DNA of 38,236 nucleotides from Phycisphaerales bacterium (GTDB lineage Bacteria; Planctomycetota; Phycisphaerae; Phycisphaerales; SM1A02): NCBI GenBank assembly GCA_044234825.1, contig JBIIIL010000001.1, positions 1 to 38,236 of the forward strand, read 5' to 3'. Shown piece by piece: positions 32,033 to 38,236 of this stretch (position 1 is its first letter; each line of letters starts with the position of its first letter). The notes under the pieces were generated by a model. It saw only the letters and a program-made list of their open reading frames with translations, ran no database searches and was not told where the DNA came from. The position numbers and the translations under genes were made by a program.

Positions 32033-33088
32033 TCAGTTCGCGCTGATCCCCAGCCCCGCCGTCTCGCCATGCCCAAGCTTGGCATCCGGCGAGCGGATCT
32101 CGAGCAGCGCCGACCTGATCTTCTCGAGAGCGCGGTTCTGGATCTGGCGCACGCGCTCCTTCGTGAGGCCAATGGTCTCGCCGACTTCCTCAAGCGTCGG
32201 ATTCCTCGGGCCAAACGGGCCGTCGAAGCCGAACCGCTGCGAAATCACGGAGCGCTCGAGCTCCGAGAGGTCCGCGCGGTTGGATTCGACCACGAAGCGA
32301 ACCTCTTGCGCCGACTCGCGCTCGCTCGTGGCGCGCACGGTGGCCAGGTGGTCGGACCGCTCGAACTCCGGGTCGAACTCCGTCGGGAACCGCTGCCGGT
32401 GCTTCATGGTCTTGATGCCATGGCGGCTGAAGGCCTTGAGGATGGCGCGGCACGCGTACGTCGAGAACTTGAACCCGCGTCCGCAGTCGAACTTGTCCAC
32501 TGAGCGCAGCAGGGCCATGTTGCCCTCGCTGATGAGGTCGCCGAAGTCCAGATCCGTGCCGCGGAGCCGCTTCGCCATCGCGAGCACGAGCGCAAGGTTT
32601 GTCTCCGCGATCTGCTCGCGAATGGCCTTCGCGATGTCAGCCCAGCGCAGGGCCTCCCGAGACTCATCGACGGTCAGATCCTGCCGCGTGGCCTTCCGCT
32701 GCAGCTTGGCGAGCCGGAACCTCGCGTAGTTGAGCTTGAGGAACAGCACGCGCTCCTGCGCGGCGGTCAGCAGGACGGTGGCTGGCGCGCGCCCTGGACG
32801 CGCCATCTCGCGCGCACGCGAACGCTCGTCCATCAGGGGGCGGTACCACGACACATCGGGACGCGCGATCTCGGGCGCCTCGTCGAAGATCCGCCGTTCG
32901 GCGCCAGCCTTGCGGAACTCGGGGCTGTCCATGAAATCCACTGGTTCCGCGCACAGCTCCGCCAGTCGGAGCCTTTCGGCGGGCGTCAGCCGAGATGGAG
33001 CCCGGCACGGTCGCGTGGCGCGTGCCAGCCCGGTCGCCGGTGACGAGCTGCGGGCAGCAGGTCGGGATGTGACGGTGGCGTGTCGCAT
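32033..33088 (-). CDS. RNA polymerase sigma-70 family factor
   Basis: Region 2 ([12 protein letters not shown]...[33 protein letters not shown]) and region 4 ([29 protein letters not shown]). The ATG at 33088 is preceded by GGAG with 7-nt spacing. The group assignment is not resolvable by eye. Confidence 0.85.
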   Translation of the reverse strand: MRHATVTSRPAARSSSPATGLARATRPCRAPSRLTPAERLRLAELCAEPVDFMDSPEFRKAGAERRIFDEAPEIARPDVSWYRPLMDERSRAREMARPGRAPATVLLTAAQERVLFLKLNYARFRLAKLQRKATRQDLTVDESREALRWADIAKAIREQIAETNLALVLAMAKRLRGTDLDFGDLISEGNMALLRSVDKFDCGRGFKFSTYACRAILKAFSRHGIKTMKHRQRFPTEFDPEFERSDHLATVRATSERESAQEVRFVVESNRADLSELERSVISQRFGFDGPFGPRNPTLEEVGETIGLTKERVRQIQNRALEKIRSALLEIRSPDAKLGHGETAGLGISAN

Positions 33089-33276
33089 GGGTGGTCTCCA
33101 GGTCGTATGCGGGTCCGGGACGACCGGACGCCGACACTCGGGCTATGACCCCACGAGATCGACCTCACGCATTGCGGTGCAAATCTGATGCCATGCGTGT
33201 CATGCAGCGAAACATCACGCGCGCTGCAGGAGACATACGCATCCGACCCGGCCGCTGTTCTCGCGACCAGCGTTGA

Positions 33277-33294
33277 ATCCGGACTCGTCCGGAT
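33277..33294. other. Hairpin, 7-bp stem with tetraloop
   Basis: The perfect inverted repeat atccgga-ctcg-tccggat, read directly from the sequence. Confidence 0.5.
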
Positions 33295-33340
33295 CCCGGG
33301 GGACACTCATGTCTCCGGCAGGCGTTTCGCGCGCCCGATC

Positions 33341-33371
33341 ACGCCGGTTTCAAACAAAGATGAAACGGCGT
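33341..33371. other. Hairpin (10 bp stem with one bulge, 10-nt loop) in the ndk/sigma intergenic region
   Basis: acgccg(g)tttc-aaacaaagat-gaaacggcgt. On the + strand it is followed by the T-rich tgattcttgattat; on the - strand it is followed by GC-rich sequence. Confidence 0.5.
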
Positions 33372-33380
33372 TGATTCTTG

Positions 33381-33386
33381 ATTATA
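33381..33386 (-). promoter_or_regulatory. Perfect TATAAT on the minus strand just downstream of ndk, about 290 nt upstream of the sigma-factor ORF
   Basis: The plus strand reads attata at 33381-33386, inside the most AT-rich patch of the window. No good -35 is seen. Confidence 0.3.
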
Positions 33387-33397
33387 GGACTGCTCGG

Positions 33398-33868
33398 TCA
33401 CTCCGGCTTGCCGGAGGAGGAGTCGTACACCCAGGCATCGATCGCTCGGGAGGCATCGAGGACCTCGCCCGCCCCGAAGAACAGCCCCAGCTCCTTGGCG
33501 GCGGCCTCCGGACCATCCGACCCGTGGATCAGGTTGAATGAGTTCGAGACCCCAAAGTCGCCCCGGATCGTGCCCGGCGCAGCCTTGGACCCGAATGTCG
33601 CGCCCATCATGCCGCGGCAGATGCCGATCGCGCCGATGCCGCGGATGGCCATCACGAGCACCGGGGCACTGGTCATGAACCGCACAAGACCCGGGTAAAA
33701 CGGCTTCGAAACGTGGTCTGCGTAGTGCTTCGCGGCCAGCTCGGGCGTGATGCGCATCATCTTCATGCCGGCGATCTGCAGCCCCTTCTCCTCGAATCGG
33801 GAGATGATGCGGCCCATGAGGCCACGCTGAACGGCGTCCGGCTTGAGGATGATGAGGGTCGTTTCCAT
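33398..33868 (-). CDS. ndk: Nucleoside diphosphate kinase
   Basis: 156 aa. Motifs: TLIILKPDAVQRGL, GPVLVMA-like block, GTIRGDF and NLIHGSD (active-site His). Confidence 0.95.
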   Translation of the reverse strand: METTLIILKPDAVQRGLMGRIISRFEEKGLQIAGMKMMRITPELAAKHYADHVSKPFYPGLVRFMTSAPVLVMAIRGIGAIGICRGMMGATFGSKAAPGTIRGDFGVSNSFNLIHGSDGPEAAAKELGLFFGAGEVLDASRAIDAWVYDSSSGKPE

Positions 33869-33877
33869 GGGGCGGGA

Positions 33878-33883
33878 ATGCTA
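33878..33883 (-). promoter_or_regulatory. -10-like TAGCAT, 9 nt upstream of ndk ATG
   Basis: The minus strand reads TAGCAT-tcccgcccc-ATG. Confidence 0.35.
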
Positions 33884-33982
33884 CCCAAATGCGATGCGGG
33901 CAGAAAGTTGCGCGCGCGCGCCGCGTGTGGCCGATCCCGCTACATTCGCCATCCCTGAAGGATCAGGGCTCCGGCGACCGTC

Positions 33983-33990
33983 GGAGGAGG
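33983..33990 (+). promoter_or_regulatory. Shine-Dalgarno GGAGGAGG for top6B
   Basis: The sequence tcGGAGGAGGattccATG has a 5-nt spacer. This contrasts with the SD-less neighbouring genes. Confidence 0.6.
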
Positions 33991-33995
33991 ATTCC

Positions 33996-36086
33996 ATGAG
34001 TACTGCCCTCCAAGGCAAGGATGCCGTCGTGGCCGAGAAGCGCTCCGCACCTGACAAGCCCGTCAAGCCGAAGTCACGGGGACTGTCCGCGGAGGAGATG
34101 GCCACGCGCCAGCGTGACATCTCCGTCAGCGAGTTCTTCGCCAAGAACCGTCACCTGCTCGGCTTCGACAACCCGCGCAAGGCCCTCCTGACCACGGTGA
34201 AGGAGGCCGTCGACAACGCGCTCGACGCGTGCGAGGAGGCGGGCATCCTGCCCGACATCACGGTGACGATCGAGGACCTCCAGCCTGACCGGCCCGCGAC
34301 CGCGAAGAGCTCGCGCTACCGGGTGACCGTCATCGACAACGGGCCCGGCATCGTGCGCAAGCAGGTGGAGAACATCTTCGGCCGCCTGCTCTACGGGTCG
34401 AAGTTCCACCGGCTCAAGATGAGCCGCGGCCAGCAGGGCATCGGCATCTCGGCCGCGGGCATGTACGGCCTCATCACCACCGGCAAGCCGATGGTGATCC
34501 ACACCAAGCCCGGTGCGAAGCAGCCAGCGCACCACATCGAGCTGGCGATGAACACCAAGACCAACCGCGCCGAGGTGACGCTCGACGAGGAGACGCAGGA
34601 CTTCCCGCCTGCGCGCCTGCGCGACCTGACCGCCGGCACGAAGGCGCTCGCCGGCGAGAGGGGCGCATTCCTCGATGCCGAGTCCTACCGCAGCGGCACG
34701 TGCGTGGCGATCGAGCTCGAGGGCCGCTACCAGCGCGGACGCGGATCCGTCGACGAGTTCCTCGAGCTGACCGCGATCGCGAACCCTCACGCGCGCATCA
34801 CATTCGTGCCGCCATCGCGAGTGAGCGCCGACGAGGAGCCCGACGCGCCGATCCTTGCCGCGAGCGAGGCAAGCGCCGCTGCGGCCGCAACGGTCACCAC
34901 CGCCACGCAGGGTGTCACGATCTTCCCGCGCGCCGTGCAGGAGCTGCCGCCCGAGACGCGCGAGATCCAGCCGCACCCCAAGGGCATCGAGCTCGGCACG
35001 CTCCTTCAGATGATGAAGGACTACGAGGCCACCGAGAAGGGGACCCTGTACCAGTTCATGCAGGACCGCTTCTGCAGGGTCTCCGCGGCGACTGCGGGCA
35101 AGCTCTGCGAGTCGATCGGGGTCACGAGCCGCCGCAAGGTCTCCGACATCGAGCCGCCGCTGGCGGAGAAGCTGTTCGAGCAGTTCCAGGAGGCGAAGCT
35201 TGCGCCGCCGCCCACCGACTGCCTCGCGCCGATCGGCGTGCGCCAGCTGCTCGCCGGCATGCTCAAGGGCGTGCGGGCCGAGTTCTACGCCGCGAGCACG
35301 CGTGAGCCCGAGGTGTACCGGGGCCGGCCGTTCCAGATCGAGGCCGCGATCGCCTTCGGCGGCGAGCTGCCCTCGGAGGAGACCGCGCGCGTCATCCGCT
35401 TCGCCAACCGCGTGCCGCTGCTCTTCCAGCAGAGCGCGTGCTCGAGCTTCAAGGCCGTCGTCGAGACTGGATGGCGCAACTACAGCCTGCAGCAGCCGCG
35501 CGGCGGCCCGCCGGTCGGCCCGCTCGTCATCATGATCCATGTGGCGAGCGTGTGGGTGCCCTTCACGAGCGAGTCGAAGGAGGCCATCGCGGACTACGAC
35601 GAGATCCGCAAGGAGATGCGCCTCGCGCTCATGGAGTGCGGCCGAAAGCTCGGCACCTACCTGCGCAAGCGCCAGCGCATGCGCCGCGAGGGCGAGCGCC
35701 GCGACATCTTCGAGCGCTACATCGGCGAGGTCGCGAAGGCGCTCAACTCGATCAATGGCGTGGATCCGCGCAAGGTGCACGACGCGCTCCTGAAGCAGGC
35801 GCGCGAGCGCACCGCAGTGGCGGACCAGGTGCTTGACGAGGATGGCAAGGTCGTCAAGGACGAGCCCATCGACGAGGATGGCGTGATCATCGTGCCCGAG
35901 GCGTCGGCGGCCGCGCTCGGCGAGGCGGATGCCGCGCCGCCGGCGCCGGCCCTGCCCGCGACCGAGCCCTCGCGCGCGCGTTCGCCCAAGGGCGCGGCCG
36001 GCGCATCCAAGGGCGTGGCAAAGTCACCAGCGCCGCGCGGTGCAGCCCGCCGCGGCGCCGGATCCTCCGAGCCAGGGCTGTTCTGA
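33996..36086 (+). CDS. top6B: DNA topoisomerase VI subunit B (GHKL ATPase)
   Basis: 696 aa from ATG 33996, with GGAGGAGG 5 nt upstream. Motifs: SVSEFFAKNRHLLGFDNPRKALLTTVKEAVDNALDA (N box), VIDNGPGI (G1) and SRGQQGIGISAA (G2). These are followed by H2TH and transducer regions and a roughly 100-aa Ala/Pro/basic tail. Confidence 0.9.
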   Translation: MSTALQGKDAVVAEKRSAPDKPVKPKSRGLSAEEMATRQRDISVSEFFAKNRHLLGFDNPRKALLTTVKEAVDNALDACEEAGILPDITVTIEDLQPDRPATAKSSRYRVTVIDNGPGIVRKQVENIFGRLLYGSKFHRLKMSRGQQGIGISAAGMYGLITTGKPMVIHTKPGAKQPAHHIELAMNTKTNRAEVTLDEETQDFPPARLRDLTAGTKALAGERGAFLDAESYRSGTCVAIELEGRYQRGRGSVDEFLELTAIANPHARITFVPPSRVSADEEPDAPILAASEASAAAAATVTTATQGVTIFPRAVQELPPETREIQPHPKGIELGTLLQMMKDYEATEKGTLYQFMQDRFCRVSAATAGKLCESIGVTSRRKVSDIEPPLAEKLFEQFQEAKLAPPPTDCLAPIGVRQLLAGMLKGVRAEFYAASTREPEVYRGRPFQIEAAIAFGGELPSEETARVIRFANRVPLLFQQSACSSFKAVVETGWRNYSLQQPRGGPPVGPLVIMIHVASVWVPFTSESKEAIADYDEIRKEMRLALMECGRKLGTYLRKRQRMRREGERRDIFERYIGEVAKALNSINGVDPRKVHDALLKQARERTAVADQVLDEDGKVVKDEPIDEDGVIIVPEASAAALGEADAAPPAPALPATEPSRARSPKGAAGASKGVAKSPAPRGAARRGAGSSEPGLF

Positions 36087-36107
36087 CGTCCTCCCAGGAG
36101 TCCACCG

Positions 36108-37235
36108 ATGGCAAAGTCAAAGTCAGCCCGGCGCTCGTCCGCGGACCGCGATGCCGCCACGAAGGCCAAGATCGTCACGCTCGCCGACAACGTCTCGCGC
36201 ACGGCGCTCGCGGGCAAGGAGCCGCTGATCGCCGTGCCCACCCGTGCGCGCAGCAACACCATCTGGAACCGCAAGCGCGGGATCCTGCAGATGGGCGCCG
36301 CTGCGCAGGAGCGCACGCTCTTCAACCTCAACCAGGCGAAGAGCTTCATGCAGTCGATGCTGCACTCCGCATCCATAAAGGACCTGATCGAGGCCGACAA
36401 GACGCTCAGCCTCCGCGGAATGTTCTACAAGGGCCTGCACACCGTCGCAGGCACGAAGGAGAAGACGTTCGCGGACCAGGACGAGTCCGACGGCATCCTC
36501 GAGGACCTCGAGGTCTCGCTGGGCGCGCTGCGCGAGGAGCTCCACATCTTCGCCAAGAAGGCCGGCACGATGGTCGGCAACATCACGCTGATCGACTCGG
36601 GCGACGAGATCGACTGCCGTCGCATGGGTTCGGGCGGCTATGCGATCCCGTCCATCGTGGAGCCCGACGTCATCGAGTTCAAGAAGTGCGACGCCAAGTT
36701 CGTGCTGCATGTCGAGAAGAACACGGTCTGGAGCCGGTTCAACGAGGACCGCTTCTGGGAGAAGCACAACTGCATCCTGACCGAGGGAGGCGGCCAGCCT
36801 CCGCGAGGCGTGCGCCGTCTCCTGCGCAGGCTGCATGAGGAGCTCAAGCTCCCCATCTACTGCCTGCTCGACTGCGACCCGTGGGGGCACTACATCTACA
36901 GCGTGCTCAAGCAGGGCAGCATCTCCCTGGCCTTCGAGAGCGAGCGCCTGGCGATCCCCGACGCGAAGTTCATCGGCATCCGCTCCAAGGACTACCGCGA
37001 GTGCGGCCTCTCGGACGACGTGCAGATCGCGCTCAACGACACCGACATCAAGCGCGCCAAGGAGATCATGGCCTACCCCTGGTTCGAGGGCCACAAGGGC
37101 TGGCAGCGCGAGATCGAGGGGCTGCTGCGCAACGGCTTCAAGATGGAGGTGGAGTCGCTGATCACGAAGGACATCTACTACGTGACCGAGACGTACGTGC
37201 CGCAGCGCCTCAAGGCGAAGGACTGGCTCGACTAG
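36108..37235 (+). CDS. top6A: DNA topoisomerase VI subunit A (Spo11 family)
   Basis: 375 aa. Motifs: LRGMFYKG (catalytic Tyr region), Toprim VLHVEKNTVW (Glu) and LLDCDPWGHYI (DxD). AGGAG lies upstream, and the gene starts 21 nt after top6B. Confidence 0.92.
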   Translation: MAKSKSARRSSADRDAATKAKIVTLADNVSRTALAGKEPLIAVPTRARSNTIWNRKRGILQMGAAAQERTLFNLNQAKSFMQSMLHSASIKDLIEADKTLSLRGMFYKGLHTVAGTKEKTFADQDESDGILEDLEVSLGALREELHIFAKKAGTMVGNITLIDSGDEIDCRRMGSGGYAIPSIVEPDVIEFKKCDAKFVLHVEKNTVWSRFNEDRFWEKHNCILTEGGGQPPRGVRRLLRRLHEELKLPIYCLLDCDPWGHYIYSVLKQGSISLAFESERLAIPDAKFIGIRSKDYRECGLSDDVQIALNDTDIKRAKEIMAYPWFEGHKGWQREIEGLLRNGFKMEVESLITKDIYYVTETYVPQRLKAKDWLD

Positions 37236-38182
37236 GCGGCGCGCCGGCGCTTGGCCTGCATGCGCGCGGGCGACGGGAGCCGCGGATTGCGCGCCATGCG
37301 AAGCGCCATCATCGCGCGGATCACGATCCAGCTCGAGTCGAACTGCCACCACTGCAGCCCATGCCGTGGGCTCGCGGGGAAGGCGTGGTGGTTGTTGTGC
37401 CACCCCTCTCCGAAGGCGAGCACCCCGAAGATCGCGTTGTTGCGGCTGTGGTCCCCGCTCGCGTACGGGCGAGACCCCCACAGGTGGCACACGCTGTTGA
37501 TGCTCCATGTGATGTGGTGCACAAGCGCAATGCGCACGAGACCGCCCCACAGCAAGCCCATCAGCGCGCCGACGCCTGCGGCCTGCCAGCCGTCCATGCC
37601 GAGGCGGCCCCATGCCGCACCGAGCACCGCACCGATCACGGTGGGGATCGCCAGGCCCGCCAGCACAATTGGCACGAAGTGCGCGGTCAGGTGACGCGAC
37701 ACCGGATCGCGGATCAGGTCGGGCACGAGGCGGAAGCTCTCCGCGTCCTGACGGCCGCGCATGAGCCAGCCCACGTGCGCGTGGGCGAACGCGTGCAGCC
37801 ATCCGCGGATCCCTGGCTCGGCGCCAGCGTGCGGCGAGTGCGGATCGTGGTCGTCATCCGAGTGCATGTGATGCCGGCGATGCGTCGCGACCCACCAGGT
37901 GACGGGACCCTGTGCCGCCATCGATCCGAGTGCGCCGATCGTCCAGCGCACCGGCGCAGGCGTATCGAAGGAGAGATGCGTGAAGAGACGGTGATAGCCG
38001 ATGGTGATGCCCATGCCCGTGAGCACGTACATCGCCACAAGGAGCGCCAGGTCGGTGCCGTTGCACCAGCCGCCCCACGTCAGCGCGATCGCGCCGAACA
38101 ATGCGACGGGCGGCAGTATGACCGCCACCACGGTCCAGATCCGAACGAATAGGGGGGTCGCCAAACGCGAAGCTCCATGCAT
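37232..38182 (-). CDS. Acyl-CoA/acyl-lipid delta-9 fatty acid desaturase
   Basis: Three His boxes: HRLFTH, HRRHHMHSD and HNNHHAF, with membrane spans between them. The start is set at ATG 38182, but the frame stays open to the window edge, so the true start could be further upstream. Confidence 0.85.
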   Translation of the reverse strand: MHGASRLATPLFVRIWTVVAVILPPVALFGAIALTWGGWCNGTDLALLVAMYVLTGMGITIGYHRLFTHLSFDTPAPVRWTIGALGSMAAQGPVTWWVATHRRHHMHSDDDHDPHSPHAGAEPGIRGWLHAFAHAHVGWLMRGRQDAESFRLVPDLIRDPVSRHLTAHFVPIVLAGLAIPTVIGAVLGAAWGRLGMDGWQAAGVGALMGLLWGGLVRIALVHHITWSINSVCHLWGSRPYASGDHSRNNAIFGVLAFGEGWHNNHHAFPASPRHGLQWWQFDSSWIVIRAMMALRMARNPRLPSPARMQAKRRRAA

Positions 38183-38236
38183 AGAGAGGAACCGCGTGGC
38201 TTCGGCCGCGCGGAGTGAGGAGGCAGCGCGCAGCAC

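Noticed and set aside
31259-33403. Shared short motifs in the two largest intergenic regions: AGTCCTATAA at 31259-31268 with its reverse complement at 33382-33391, and ctcggtcactc at 31293-31303 and 33393-33403, spanning the scoA and ndk stop codons.
   Set aside because: The stop codons sit in different registers within the 11-mer. The related 12-mer gtgaccgagcag also occurs inside the giant gene's coding region (about 14127-14138). Chance recurrence in biased-composition DNA cannot be excluded. The AT-rich cores are already covered as candidate -10 elements.
1-38236. Search for tRNA, rRNA, CRISPR, transposase/integrase genes, toxin-antitoxin pairs or known defence-system genes.
   Set aside because: None found. 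Non-coding gaps are 1-309 nt and none shows cloverleaf-like structure or repeat arrays. Every ORF above about 150 aa with coding-like composition is accounted for by the features listed.

Overview
Very GC-rich bacterial chromosome segment, gene-dense and with almost no intergenic DNA. The gene content (type II secretion genes rich in low-complexity sequence, a giant propeller protein) suggests a PVC/Planctomycetota-like organism, but that is only a low-confidence guess. I support 31 protein-coding genes and found no rRNA, tRNA, CRISPR array, IS element or prophage. Left third (1-10.1 kb): housekeeping genes (recJ 3' part, UDP-sugar pyrophosphorylase, phoU, pdxJ, dapA, NUDIX, phosphohexomutase, QueD-like, ppk1, a LEA_2-like lipoprotein). 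Centre (10.2-31.1 kb): a 1398-aa secreted TPR/beta-propeller protein and a 150-aa hyper-acidic (about 80% D/E) protein on the + strand. These converge head-on with a 13-gene minus-strand type II secretion (gsp/xps-like) operon: periplasmic LSxxQ-repeat protein, gspE-F-G-H-I-J-K, L-like, M-like, C/N-like, gspD secretin, then a coupled lipoprotein. Right part: scoA, a sigma-70 family factor, ndk, an archaeal-type DNA topoisomerase VI operon (top6B-top6A) and a delta-9 acyl desaturase. Most interesting observations: (1) the T2SS is atypical. Its C-like and L-like proteins share a 53-aa C-terminal module not described for these families. Its GspJ-like pseudopilin ends in a 100-aa Gly/RGG tail built partly from a 27-bp tandem repeat. 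Its major pseudopilin has a 41-aa leader with Ala at -1, and no prepilin peptidase is present in the window. (2) The poly-D/E protein has its own TTGACA-N17 promoter and contains a 50-nt pure polypurine run. (3) Topo VI occurs in a bacterium. (4) Eight genes carry a TANNNT hexamer (three times exactly TAGGAT) 6-9 nt upstream of the start codon, implying widespread leaderless mRNAs. (5) All five convergent gene junctions have no spacer, and two share both stop codons in one CTAG. All functional calls come from motifs read by eye in the supplied translations. No database search was possible.
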